Below, one piece after another: positions 11,126 to 20,746 of a stretch of 64,000 nucleotides of DNA. Source of the DNA: Candidatus Doudnabacteria bacterium (GTDB lineage Bacteria; Patescibacteriota; Doudnabacteria; UBA920; O2-02-FULL-48-8); NCBI GenBank assembly GCA_016199215.1, contig JACQHB010000009.1, positions 4,905 to 68,904 of the forward strand, given 5' to 3'. The notes beneath the pieces were generated by a model. That model saw only the letters and a list, made by a program, of their open reading frames with translations. It searched no databases and had not been told where the DNA came from. The position numbers were made by a program, and so were the translations under genes. Each line of letters starts with the position of its first letter. Position 1 is the stretch's first letter.

Positions 11126-11457
11126 ATTTTTTTGTAAGGATAATTAAAGCCCCCGGTTGATCCCGGATTGCAGGAAGCTAAACGCTTAATAATTTTTGGC
11201 AAGCCCAACAGCCCTTCCTTTAGGAGCACTTCTTTGGTAAAAGAAGAGCAGGTCGGATAAAATTTACAATAACCGTAAGGGAAAAGAAAAGAAAAAACCC
11301 CGTGGTCTAACGATATGGTTTTTTGATATAGAAAAACCAACAAGACAAAAGGCAGGGCCAAAGTTTTGTTTGCCGCGGTCCATCCCCGCGAAAGCGGGGA
11401 TCTTGCCAGTGCTTCGGTTAGATCCCGCATCAAGTGCGGGATTACTCTTTTTTCCAT
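11122..11457 (-). CDS. yidD: Membrane protein insertion efficiency factor YidD, with palindrome-derived N-terminal insert
   Basis: YQKTIS and CKFYPTCS motifs, located between rnpA and yidC. Confidence 0.85.
   Translation of the reverse strand: MEKRVIPHLMRDLTEALARSPLSRGWTAANKTLALPFVLLVFLYQKTISLDHGVFSFLFPYGYCKFYPTCSSFTKEVLLKEGLLGLPKIIKRLASCNPGSTGGFNYPYKKI
11378..11445. repeat. Paired REP/RPE-like palindromes inside the yidD 5' region
   Basis: atccccgc-gaaa-gcggggat (11382-11401) and atcccgca-tcaag-tgcgggat (11422-11442). Confidence 0.75.
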
Positions 11458-11786
11458 ATTCCTGCTTTCTTAAACAATGCTAAGGTTTGTTCTTCTAACT
11501 CACAAAATTTTATTTTGCCAGCCTCTTTGTTTGGGAAAATTAAAACATCAACCGTTTTAAAATGCTCAACATTCTTCAGAAGAATCGCTTTAAGCCTCCG
11601 CTTAATCAAATTCCTTTCTACTACTTTTCCCACGACTTTTTTAGGAACAATAAAACCAAAACGTGGTCTGTTTTGGTCGGCCCTGCCCACCCTGATCCTT
11701 AAGAATTGGTTAGAATAGGGGCGAAATGGAAAACGAAGCTTGCTGTAATCTTCATCTGATTTGAAGAAAAAAGCTCTTGTTTTCAT
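11442..11786 (-). CDS. rnpA: Ribonuclease P protein component
   Basis: RFGFIVPKKV and VERNLIKRRL RNR-like motif, directly after rpmH. Confidence 0.9.
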   Translation of the reverse strand: MKTRAFFFKSDEDYSKLRFPFRPYSNQFLRIRVGRADQNRPRFGFIVPKKVVGKVVERNLIKRRLKAILLKNVEHFKTVDVLIFPNKEAGKIKFCELEEQTLALFKKAGIWKKE

Positions 11787-11921
11787 TTATACCGTTAGCC
11801 GTTTCCGGCCCTTTTGTCTTCTTCGGGCGAGCACGGTCCGTCCGTTGCGGGTTTTCATCCGTTGTCTGAACCCATGAACCCTTTTCCTTCGAAGTTTTTT
11901 TGGTTGATATGTTGGTTGCAT
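11787..11921 (-). CDS. rpmH: 50S ribosomal protein L34
   Basis: [22 protein letters not shown]; start corrected to 11921. Confidence 0.95.
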   Translation of the reverse strand: MQPTYQPKKLRRKRVHGFRQRMKTRNGRTVLARRRQKGRKRLTV

Positions 11922-12121
11922 AGCCTGCCTATTATAAAAGATTTTGACCTTTTTGTCATCCCACCCCAATGATCCTAACCTTTGGACACGCTAACAACAC
12001 TTATTCCACACAATATACACAGAGTAAAATTTTTTTGGCTTAATTAAGCCAAAAAACGACAGTTTACATGTTGATAACTTACTGTTAAAATAGGAGGGAA
12101 CTTTAAATTCCAGATCAATTC

Positions 12122-13456
12122 ATGACTAATCAACAGCTTTGGCAAGCCATACTAGGAAATCTAGAAACCACGCTTTCTAAGGCTAATTTCACAACTTGGT
12201 TTAAGAACACCTCAATCATTGAAAGATCAGACACCGGCATAGTAATTGGCGTGCCAAACGCTTTTACTAAAGAATGGCTTCAAAACAAGTATCACCAGGA
12301 TATCCTTAAAGCCTTTAAGGCAATCTCCCCAGAAATCAAAGAAGTAAAATACCAAATCGTCAGCCCAGTCTTTACCCAGCCCCAGGTCCAGAGAGAAACC
12401 ACTAAAACTATCGCTAAAAGGCCTGAGTCAAGCCAAAATTTAAACCCGAAGTATACTTTTTCCGCTTTTATTGTCGGCTCCCACAACCAATTGGCCCATG
12501 CCGCGAGCATCGCCGTTAGCAAAAAGCCAGGTTCGGTTTATAATCCTTTATTTATCTATGGCGGGGTGGGTCTTGGGAAAACCCATCTAATGCAGGCAGT
12601 AGGCAATGACATCGTAAAGCGGACCCCAGACGCCAAAATCCTATACGTTACTTCAGAGCGGTTTACCAACGAGTTTGTTTCCGCCCTCTCCCAGGGAAAG
12701 GCTGACAGTTTTAAGTCCCTTTACAGAAATGTCGATGTTTTATTGGTTGATGACATCCAATTTTTAGCCGGGAGAGAAGGAACTCAAGAAGAATTTTTCC
12801 ATACTTTCAACGCACTGCACCAAAACAACAAACAGGTGGTTATGACTTCCGACAGGCTGCCTAAAGAGATCCCGGCTATTGAAGAGCGCCTTGTTTCAAG
12901 GTTTGAATGGGGAATGATTGCGGATATTCAAGCGCCTGACTTAGAAACCAGGCTTGCGATCTTAAAAACGAAGGCAAAAGAAAAAAATTACAATATCGAA
13001 CAGGAAATCCTGCAATATATTGCTGAAACCATACAAAGCAATATTAGGGAGTTGGAAGGAGCATTAAACCGCCTTATGGTCTATTGTCAGCTCAACAATA
13101 CCCGGCCTACGATTGACCAAGTTAAAAATATCTTGGTGAACATAATCACCCCGCCAAAAAAACGCGGGGTTTCAGCCAAAAAAATCATTGAAGTAGTAGC
13201 TGATTTTTATAATGTCACAATCGAAGACCTTCTCAAACAATCCCGCAAGAAAGAATACGTCCACCCGAGGCAAATTGCGATGTATATTATTAGGAAAGAA
13301 CTGGAAACTTCCTTGCCGTCTATTGGCGAGTTTTTCGGGGGGAGGGACCACACCACAGTAATCCACGCGATTGATAAAATTGATCGAATTATAAAAGACC
13401 GCAACGGACTGAAACAGGAGATCGATTTGATTAAAGACCGGCTGTATGTAACTTAG
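12122..13456 (+). CDS. dnaA: Chromosomal replication initiator DnaA
   Basis: YNPLFIYGGVGLGKTHL, LLVDDIQF and GGRDHTTV motifs. Confidence 0.98.
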   Translation: MTNQQLWQAILGNLETTLSKANFTTWFKNTSIIERSDTGIVIGVPNAFTKEWLQNKYHQDILKAFKAISPEIKEVKYQIVSPVFTQPQVQRETTKTIAKRPESSQNLNPKYTFSAFIVGSHNQLAHAASIAVSKKPGSVYNPLFIYGGVGLGKTHLMQAVGNDIVKRTPDAKILYVTSERFTNEFVSALSQGKADSFKSLYRNVDVLLVDDIQFLAGREGTQEEFFHTFNALHQNNKQVVMTSDRLPKEIPAIEERLVSRFEWGMIADIQAPDLETRLAILKTKAKEKNYNIEQEILQYIAETIQSNIRELEGALNRLMVYCQLNNTRPTIDQVKNILVNIITPPKKRGVSAKKIIEVVADFYNVTIEDLLKQSRKKEYVHPRQIAMYIIRKELETSLPSIGEFFGGRDHTTVIHAIDKIDRIIKDRNGLKQEIDLIKDRLYVT

Positions 13457-13647
13457 GGAGAACCTGTTGGAAAAAAGTTAATAATTCAAAGGTGGTTAAT
13501 TTCCATAAACAATTATTCAGAAATTATTAACAGACTACAAACAGCTTCTTAAAAATTCATTAAATAAAAAACACAACAAACACCGAACAAAAAAACATTT
13601 TAAACAAATCAACAAGAATTATTATCATTATTGTTTTATAAAAAGAT
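13457..13647. promoter_or_regulatory. Probable oriC (dnaA-dnaN intergenic region)
   Basis: Very AT-rich, with degenerate DnaA-box-like nonamers (ttattaaca, ttattcaga); by eye the + strand shifts from C-richer to G-richer here. Confidence 0.6.
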
Positions 13648-14760
13648 ATGAAATTAATATGCACAAAGGATAACTTAAAAAAAGGTTTATTTGCGGTTAG
13701 CAGGGTGGTGGGGGTAGGGAACCCTTTGCAGGTTTTGAATAATATTTTACTTAAAACCGATCAGGGGCGGATCCGGCTTTCTTCGACTAATTTGGAAATA
13801 GGCGTAAACACCTGGGTTGGGGGGAAAATTGAAGAAGAGGGGGCCTTAACCGTCCCGGCAAAGTTGATTAATGAATATATTAATAATTTGCCAACCGAAA
13901 AAGTGCAGTTGTCGGCCAAAGACACCACCTTAAATCTTATTTCAGAAAACTATAAAACGAATATTAAGGGGTTGCCATCAGAAGAATTTCCGCTTATTCC
14001 TCAAATCGCCGAAGAGGCTTACGCTAAAATTGACTCAAATGAACTAAAAAGCGCCCTTTCTGAAACGATTTGGGCAGCGGCCGGAAACGAAACACAACCC
14101 GAGATATCTGGAATATTTCTAGGGTTTTCCGCGGAGGGCGGTGAGACGGGTAAGTTAAGAATTGCGGCCACAGACCGGTATCGCTTGGCAGAACGAAACG
14201 CGCAACTTAAAGAACCGGTTAAGTCCCCGAAAGAAGTAATTGTCCCTTTTCGGACCATCAGCGAATTATTCAAAATTTTAGGGGTATCAAGCGGAGAGCT
14301 TGAAATATACTTTTCAGAAACACAGGTTTTGTTTAAGATCGATGAGACAGAATTAATCTCAAGATTGATTGACGGCCAATATCCGGACTACCAACAAATT
14401 ATTCCCAAGGGTTTTAAGACAGAAGCTGTGGTTTCCAGGGAAGAGCTGATCCACGCGCTTAAAGCAACCTCCCTTTTTGCCTCTGAGTCTAACAATATTC
14501 AACTGGAAATTTCGGAAGGGTCCGGGATAAGGGTTACCGCTTCTTCAGCCGCTGCGGGGGAGAATGAAACACTGGTGTCGGCAAAAGTATCGGGCAGCGC
14601 TAACGCGGCGATGTTTAACTTCCGATATCTCCTTGATTGCTTGAACAACCTTTCGGAAACAAACGTGGTAGTAAGGATGATTAGCGACGCATCCCCGGCA
14701 ATGATTCAGCCGGAAGGCCGGACCAATTACGTCTATATCGTGATGCCGATAAAAACCTAA
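13648..14760 (+). CDS. dnaN: DNA polymerase III beta clamp
   Basis: ATDRYRLA, SRLIDGQYPDY and YIVMP motifs, follows dnaA. Confidence 0.96.
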   Translation: MKLICTKDNLKKGLFAVSRVVGVGNPLQVLNNILLKTDQGRIRLSSTNLEIGVNTWVGGKIEEEGALTVPAKLINEYINNLPTEKVQLSAKDTTLNLISENYKTNIKGLPSEEFPLIPQIAEEAYAKIDSNELKSALSETIWAAAGNETQPEISGIFLGFSAEGGETGKLRIAATDRYRLAERNAQLKEPVKSPKEVIVPFRTISELFKILGVSSGELEIYFSETQVLFKIDETELISRLIDGQYPDYQQIIPKGFKTEAVVSREELIHALKATSLFASESNNIQLEISEGSGIRVTASSAAAGENETLVSAKVSGSANAAMFNFRYLLDCLNNLSETNVVVRMISDASPAMIQPEGRTNYVYIVMPIKT

Positions 14761-14762
14761 AA

Positions 14763-15803
14763 ATGATTCGTCGGGTTAAATTTGAGAATTTTAGGAACTA
14801 TAAAAAAGCCGAGGCCGAGATTCGTTCCGACCTCGTCTTGATTTTAGGCAAAAACGGCTCGGGAAAAACCAATTTTTTGGAAAGCCTGTTTTATCTTTCC
14901 AACTTATATTCATTCCGGGCCCCTGATTTGGCATTGGTTAAAACAGAAGAAACTTTCTTTGCGCTTGAGGCAGAAGACGACAGACATCGATTCGAGGTCG
15001 TGGTTGAAACAGTCCCGCGGGTCCGCCGGGGCAATAAAATAGATGGGGTGAAAACAAAAAGGACCGCCTGGAACAGTTTTGGGTCAGTTTTGTTTATACC
15101 CAATGATTTAAATTTGTTTATTTTGGGGCCTGGCGCCCGCCGGAGTTTTTTGAACCAAACAATTGTTCAAAAAGATAAGATTTATGCCTCAAGCCTTGCC
15201 GGTTTGGATCATGTTTTAAAGCAAAAAACCGCGCTGCTTAATGATATTTTGGCTGGCAAGGAAAACCCTGGCGCCTTGGATTTTTGGAACGAGCAGCTAT
15301 GTGAGCTTTCGACCGTAATAACGGAAGCAAGGCGAGGTTTTTTGGATTTTTTTCGGATAAGGTTTGCTGAAGTTTACGCAAAACTTACCGGTTTTGACAA
15401 TATATTTGGGATTGAATATAAGTCGCAGCCGATTAGTTTGGAAATTTTAAAAGCTCACGAACAAGCGGAAATTGGATCCGGCTCCTGTTTGATCGGGCCG
15501 CATCGGGATGATTTCGTCATAAAAAAAGACGGACAGTTGAATATTTATAATTCCTCCAGGGGTGAATTGCGATCCCAAATTTTGACTATGAAGCTTTTGG
15601 AAGCCGAATTTTTAGCTGGTCGGGACAAGCCCGTTATTCTTTTGGACGATGTTTTTTCAGAACTTGATGAAATTCGACGGGCGAAGCTTATTGAAAATTT
15701 ATCAGGGAGCCAAATTTTTATCACCTCAACCGAGGAGCATCATCTGCCCAAACTCGCGAGCAGTGCTCAAATTTTCAAGGTTGAGGATAATGGAATTATT
15801 TAA
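14763..15803 (+). CDS. recF: DNA replication/repair protein RecF
   Basis: GKNGSGKTN, GPHRDD, SRGE and LLDDVFSELD motifs. Confidence 0.94.
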   Translation: MIRRVKFENFRNYKKAEAEIRSDLVLILGKNGSGKTNFLESLFYLSNLYSFRAPDLALVKTEETFFALEAEDDRHRFEVVVETVPRVRRGNKIDGVKTKRTAWNSFGSVLFIPNDLNLFILGPGARRSFLNQTIVQKDKIYASSLAGLDHVLKQKTALLNDILAGKENPGALDFWNEQLCELSTVITEARRGFLDFFRIRFAEVYAKLTGFDNIFGIEYKSQPISLEILKAHEQAEIGSGSCLIGPHRDDFVIKKDGQLNIYNSSRGELRSQILTMKLLEAEFLAGRDKPVILLDDVFSELDEIRRAKLIENLSGSQIFITSTEEHHLPKLASSAQIFKVEDNGII

Positions 15804-15828
15804 AAAAAACCGCATTCTGCGGTTTTTT
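15804..15828. terminator. Bidirectional terminator after recF
   Basis: aaaaaccgca-ttc-tgcggttttt. Confidence 0.75.
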
Positions 15829-16393
15829 ATTCTCCGGCTTGGCCTTTGGATTTTTCCTCGGGAGGAAGCTGGTCGTAAAGGTCCAGGATCAGTTTTTCGA
15901 TGGCTGTGGGATTGCTGACTTTGGTAAACTCAAAGCGCGTGGTTTCGCCCGCGGTTTGGACGTAGACGTTGCCGAAGTCCAGAAACGTTTCGAAAAAGCC
16001 GCGCACTTCAGCCGTCACATCCTGCAGCCGGTTTAAATGCAATTCGGAAATTGTGTGGCTAATTAGACTGGTTTGAGTAATATCCACGATGCGTTCATTG
16101 GTAATGATTTGAATGTTCAAATAATACATCACCCAGAGCATAAACAGCCCAAGCATCAGGAACATCAAGTACACGCCCTTGATAAGGTTATAAACTTGGA
16201 CATAAGGAGACAGCGAGATCTGGGGGAAATATTTTTTTAGCATTGAATCGCCCACCAGCAGGATTGCCACAAAAAGCCCCCAAACCACCATCTTCAAGGC
16301 GAAAACAAACCAGTGTTGCCTGATAACCATGTAAACAGTTTCGTTTTCTTGCTGCCCGGGGAAAAGAGTTTTTTGAATGCTGGTCCACCGCAT
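15827..16393 (-). CDS. PH-domain (bPH_2-like) membrane protein
   Basis: Two TM helices followed by IITNERIVDI and FGNVYVQTAG. Confidence 0.75.
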   Translation of the reverse strand: MRWTSIQKTLFPGQQENETVYMVIRQHWFVFALKMVVWGLFVAILLVGDSMLKKYFPQISLSPYVQVYNLIKGVYLMFLMLGLFMLWVMYYLNIQIITNERIVDITQTSLISHTISELHLNRLQDVTAEVRGFFETFLDFGNVYVQTAGETTRFEFTKVSNPTAIEKLILDLYDQLPPEEKSKGQAGE

Positions 16394-16409
16394 AAAATAA
16401 GACTAAGAA

Positions 16410-16634
16410 TCAAAACTTAATAAGCCCTAAATTGTCAACCGCGGCGCTGTAGAGACTTGCGGAAATAATCAGATAGAGCAGGCAGACACCGAAAGCGACC
16501 AATTTAGATTTTCCAAACCTAATCAAGGCATACATAGTAAGCATGCTGTAAATGGCAAAGCCAGCCATGATCAAATAAAAAACCAGGGCGATTATGCTGT
16601 TAGTTAAATTTGTTGGTTGGTAGACCGGGTTCAT
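16410..16634 (-). CDS. Small two-TM membrane protein
   Basis: Hydrophobic 74-aa ORF coupled to the ruvB stop codon. Confidence 0.7.
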   Translation of the reverse strand: MNPVYQPTNLTNSIIALVFYLIMAGFAIYSMLTMYALIRFGKSKLVAFGVCLLYLIISASLYSAAVDNLGLIKF

Positions 16635-17671
16635 TATAAAAGAGTTTGTTTTTGATTTTTGGGCGTTTTTTTCAAATGCTCATATGCTGCCGGAGTGGCC
16701 ATCCGTCCTTTTGGAGTGCGGACAATTAATCCTAGGCGCAGCAGATAAGGTTCATGGATGTCTTCGATAGTTCCGGCTTCTTCGGAGGTCGCGGCTGCCA
16801 GTGAGGACAGGCCGACAGGACCGCCGTTGAACTTTTCGATAATAGCTGAAATCATCCGCCGGTCGTTGGCATCCAAGCCCAACTCGTCCACTTCCAGCTG
16901 GTTTAAGGCTTCCAAAGAAACATCTTTATTTATTTTACCACCCGCTTTGATTTGAGCATAATCCCTGACTCGTTTCAGGAGCCGGTTGGCGATTCTGGGG
17001 GTGCGGCGGGCTCGATTTGCGATTTCTTTTTTGCTGGCCGGATCAATTTTGATGTTTAAAATCTTGCCGGATCTTGAAAGAATCTGCTCGATCTCATCGG
17101 GTTCGTAATAATCCAACCGGTAGGTCATGCCGAACCGGTCGCGCAGCGGCGATGAAATTAGCCCGACCCTGGTGGTTGCGCCCACTAGAGTGAATTTGGG
17201 CAAGTCGATTCGCAGCGCCTTGGCTCCGGCTCCCTTGCCCAGCACAATATCTAGACAAAAATCTTCCATGGCCGGGTAGAGGATTTCTTCCACGATTTTT
17301 GGCAGGCGGTGGATCTCGTCGATGAACAGGATGTCGTTGTTTGAAAGGTTTGTAAGAAGAGCTGCCAGATCCCCGGTTTTTTCAATCGCTGGCCCGGAAG
17401 TAATTTTAATGTTGGCGCCGACTTCCCGCGCGATAATATGCGCCAGCGTTGTCTTGCCCAGTCCCGGAGGGCCGTAAAGCATAATATGCTCAAGAGTTTC
17501 AGTCCTTTGTTTGGCAGCGTCAATCAGGATTTTGAGGTTTTCTTTGATTTTGGTCTGGCCAACGTACTCTGAAAGGATTTGCGGCCGAAGGGTCGCCTCA
17601 AAAAACCGCTCCTCTGAAAGAGCCTGGGGAGTGCCCAAATCCGCTGTCTCAACCACATCCTCGTTAATCAT
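16634..17671 (-). CDS. ruvB: Holliday junction branch migration ATPase RuvB
   Basis: [21 protein letters not shown] and TPRIANRLL; likely start at MINEDV (17671). Confidence 0.96.
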   Translation of the reverse strand: MINEDVVETADLGTPQALSEERFFEATLRPQILSEYVGQTKIKENLKILIDAAKQRTETLEHIMLYGPPGLGKTTLAHIIAREVGANIKITSGPAIEKTGDLAALLTNLSNNDILFIDEIHRLPKIVEEILYPAMEDFCLDIVLGKGAGAKALRIDLPKFTLVGATTRVGLISSPLRDRFGMTYRLDYYEPDEIEQILSRSGKILNIKIDPASKKEIANRARRTPRIANRLLKRVRDYAQIKAGGKINKDVSLEALNQLEVDELGLDANDRRMISAIIEKFNGGPVGLSSLAAATSEEAGTIEDIHEPYLLRLGLIVRTPKGRMATPAAYEHLKKTPKNQKQTLL

Positions 17672-17819
17672 ACAGGTACTAGAAAGTTGACTTAATTTTC
17701 GATCACATTGGTTGACCTTTGGCCTGGGTTGAAAATTATAGCGCAATATGTTTTTGATTGGGATTCCCTGCAAGAAAAACATATTGCGGGTCAAATTTTC
17801 AGTACCCGGCATGTTTTAA

Positions 17820-19064
17820 TCATAGCACAAACTCGCCGTGCTCATAGACGACCCTTTCCTGGCCGTTTTTTAGATGCGCAACAACGGTCCGGGAAGAGGT
17901 AGAAATAATATCCGTATGCACAGAAGAATCATTGAAACCCAAAGATTCTGCCTGTTTTTTGGAAAGATTGGAAGCATCCCCCGCGTAAGTGTCCTTGTAG
18001 GACATTCCAAGAGCGATGTGGGTGTTTCCGTTTGGTCCTCCCATATTTTCGTCAAACAAGGTTTCGGCCATGAATTTGGTGATGCGAGAGAAGCGGCGGT
18101 CAGTTAGTGAAAATTCCCCAATTTTATTTGCACCAGGCGTATTGATCATTTCCTTGAGAAGTTTTTCGTTGGTTTTGGCCCTGCTTCTTACCACCTTCCC
18201 ATTTTCAAACTGAAGCTTAATACCTGTTATTTTATTGCTGTAGCGGTAAAGAGGCTGGTTGAACCTGATCCACCCCTGCGTGCCTCGCCAGTCCGGCGAG
18301 GTAAACAATTCAAAGCTTGGGATGTTGCGCCCGCCGCCCCCGCACCACTTTCTTTTTTCTCCGGGCTTAAGCCAAAGATTTGCTTCTGGCCCAATAACGT
18401 GCAATCGATCGATCTTCGGCGTAAGCTTGTTTAATTTTTTGCGGTAGTGTTCTAATTTTTGATAAGTTTTTTTCCATTTACCAATCGGGTCTTTTTGATC
18501 AAGAAAGCAAGCCTTAATAATTTGGTTCCAGTAGGCCTTTTCCGACAGCCCGGCTTCCTTGGCCATGGCAGGGGTCCCATACAGACCAATAGTCCAGGTA
18601 AATTTGCCTTCCCATTCTTTTTTGTGCCGCCAATCAGTAAACGGCTTAAGCGCGACTCCGCGCCTCATTATTTTTTTTGGGTCAACTCCGGCAAGGGCGC
18701 GGGGGTCGGCGTCAGCCAGGATGAAAACCGAGTGATCCATTTGCTCGACCAGGCCCTTGAGATATTTATGCGGAAAGTGATCCATCTGGTGGTCCTGCGC
18801 GTGCTGGTAAAAGTAGCGGGTGAAGCTTTCGTTGCGACGACGGTCCCCCTGCTCTTCGTCAGGAGAATAATGCGACAGCACGTGCCCGCCGGCGTCAATA
18901 ACAGCATTACATACGGCTAAATATAGCCGCCGGCCGGATTCTGAACTGCTCACGCGGACCACATCTCCTTTTTTGATTCCCTTGCCCCCGCCCAGAGCAA
19001 AACGGACCAGAACTTTGGCATAGCGGTCAAGAATAATTTGAGAGGGTTGGTAATTTTTTTTCAT
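17820..19064 (-). CDS. Aminopeptidase (M29, AmpS/PepS family)
   Basis: NIPSFELFTSP, GEFSL, LFDEN, THIALG and SSVHTD motifs. Confidence 0.9.
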   Translation of the reverse strand: MKKNYQPSQIILDRYAKVLVRFALGGGKGIKKGDVVRVSSSESGRRLYLAVCNAVIDAGGHVLSHYSPDEEQGDRRRNESFTRYFYQHAQDHQMDHFPHKYLKGLVEQMDHSVFILADADPRALAGVDPKKIMRRGVALKPFTDWRHKKEWEGKFTWTIGLYGTPAMAKEAGLSEKAYWNQIIKACFLDQKDPIGKWKKTYQKLEHYRKKLNKLTPKIDRLHVIGPEANLWLKPGEKRKWCGGGGRNIPSFELFTSPDWRGTQGWIRFNQPLYRYSNKITGIKLQFENGKVVRSRAKTNEKLLKEMINTPGANKIGEFSLTDRRFSRITKFMAETLFDENMGGPNGNTHIALGMSYKDTYAGDASNLSKKQAESLGFNDSSVHTDIISTSSRTVVAHLKNGQERVVYEHGEFVL

Positions 19065-19066
19065 GG

Positions 19067-20191
19067 CTATTGGCTGGGGGTTTGAGGGTTAGGGGTAGTT
19101 GCTTGCTCTTCCGGATGAAACAGCGCCGGCGGTAAATATGTGCTTCTAAATACCTGCTCGGTAGTGGTTCCGTTAAGCTTAACCCTTCTGGTCCAAGTGG
19201 CTTTCATTGAACCGTCTGTCTTCTTATCATACTGGACCGGACCGTCAAACTCCACTATCCGGTCGTCTTTGGTTCCGTAAAAATCAAAGAACAGCCTGGT
19301 TCCCTCGATCCTGGTCCAAACCAGCAGGCTTGAATTAAGATTATTTGTGAATCGTAAATCCGTGACACCCGGGTAAATTGTGGCGTCGCTTCCTTGAGGG
19401 GCGTAATACTGCACCGCAAACGAATGGGCTCTGCGTTCCACAATTGGCAGGCCGGCATTCATGGCAGCCCGAAAAGTGGTGGAAGAAACCTGGCATAATC
19501 CGCCGCCGAACTCCGGCACAACCCCGGTGCGCTTGATTACCAGTTCCGGCAAGAAGCCGTGTTCGGCATCAACGTCGCCTAAAAATTTGTTGAAGGAGAA
19601 TTCCTCCCCGGGCCTTATGATCACTCCATTGAATTTAGCGGAACCTACCCTGATGTTGGTAATCCGATTCTTGGGCGATCCTTTGAAATTCGATTCCCCT
19701 GTTGCCACCAGCTCGTTGATTCCAAGGCTATTGGTTTCAGAAAGCTTTATGGAGGAAGAAGAAGTGACAACCGGCAGGCTGAATTTGTCTTGACCCGAAA
19801 GCAGAAGCTGGGAAAGTTTGTTTGTATCCAACGACTGCCCGTCTTTGCCGGGGCTGAATTCTTTTGTCCGCTCGCCTTCTAAAACCAATTTAGCCTGTTC
19901 GGATTTTTGGTTTATCTCCAAAGCGATTTGGTTGATTGCTTCTAATGTTGAATCAGAAAAAATTTTTTGCTGGACAGGGCTAGGGCTTCCGGTTATTTTT
20001 TCTTTTGCCAGACCCAAAAGGCTCCCGGCATTCCGAACGGAAGAGCCTGAAACGGTGACCGCTGACGGATTGATCTGCCAGGACTGGTCTTTGAAGGTCG
20101 CTGTCTTGGCCCAAGCGGGCTTGGGAATCAAAAACATAAACACGGCCAACAGCAGGTATTTAGAGTTTTTTAATCTTAACGCTTCGTTCAT
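19067..20191 (-). CDS. VanW family protein
   Basis: PGEEFSFN, GGGLCQVSST, ERRAHS and DATIY motifs; signal peptide. Confidence 0.9.
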   Translation of the reverse strand: MNEALRLKNSKYLLLAVFMFLIPKPAWAKTATFKDQSWQINPSAVTVSGSSVRNAGSLLGLAKEKITGSPSPVQQKIFSDSTLEAINQIALEINQKSEQAKLVLEGERTKEFSPGKDGQSLDTNKLSQLLLSGQDKFSLPVVTSSSSIKLSETNSLGINELVATGESNFKGSPKNRITNIRVGSAKFNGVIIRPGEEFSFNKFLGDVDAEHGFLPELVIKRTGVVPEFGGGLCQVSSTTFRAAMNAGLPIVERRAHSFAVQYYAPQGSDATIYPGVTDLRFTNNLNSSLLVWTRIEGTRLFFDFYGTKDDRIVEFDGPVQYDKKTDGSMKATWTRRVKLNGTTTEQVFRSTYLPPALFHPEEQATTPNPQTPSQ

Positions 20192-20585
20192 TAACGTTGG
20201 TAATTTCTATCTGAATTAATAGCTTACACTGCTTTTTTAGTTTTGGGAATTTGTCAATCCACTCAATCATCACAATCCTGTTCCTGCTTTTTATAATTTC
20301 TTCCAATCCCACTCCGGAAAGTTCTTTTATATGTTTTATACGATAAAGATCCAAATGGTAAAACCTGCGGTTATGCGGGAGCTTGTGCGCGGCCATAATG
20401 ATAAAGCTTGGGCTTTTGATATGGCGAAGTCCTAATTTTTTGGCAAAGGCTTTGATAAACGCGGTTTTTCCGCTTCCTAAAACCCCTGAAAGCCCGATTA
20501 CTAAGTCGCGCTGTTTGTTTTTTGCCGCCAAGCCGTAAGCTAGTTTTCTAAACCCCGCCAAATTGAGTTTTCGGTAGATTTCCAT
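20160..20585 (-). CDS. tsaE: tRNA t6A biosynthesis ATPase TsaE
   Basis: GVLGSGKT, SPSF, HLDLYR and IEW motifs. Confidence 0.92.
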   Translation of the reverse strand: MEIYRKLNLAGFRKLAYGLAAKNKQRDLVIGLSGVLGSGKTAFIKAFAKKLGLRHIKSPSFIIMAAHKLPHNRRFYHLDLYRIKHIKELSGVGLEEIIKSRNRIVMIEWIDKFPKLKKQCKLLIQIEITNVNERSVKIKKL

Positions 20586-20607
20586 AAGTCATTGTAACGT
20601 AAGTTGA

Positions 20608-20704
20608 CCCCGTTAGAAATAGCGGTTATTAATTTCTGAACTGGCGGCCTGATCTTTATCTAATATTCTAAACTGTTGATTGCCACGTGCAATTTCTAAC
20701 GGGG
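20608..20704. mobile_element. MITE-like element, copy 2 (97 bp, opposite orientation to copy 1)
   Basis: 13-bp TIR ccccgttagaaat/atttctaacgggg, flanked by direct repeat TTGA (20604-20607 and 20705-20708). Confidence 0.75.
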
Positions 20705-20733
20705 TTGACAAGATAGGGCAAAAACCATATATT
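20705..20733 (+). promoter_or_regulatory. Sigma70-type promoter
   Basis: TTGACA-17 nt-TATATT ending 13 nt upstream of the 20747 ATG. Confidence 0.7.
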
Positions 20734-20746
20734 ACTAGGCTAATTT

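Noticed and set aside
17672-17812. 47-aa N-terminal extension of RuvB in the ORF track
   Set aside because: No RuvB similarity; looks like intergenic sequence upstream of MINEDV.
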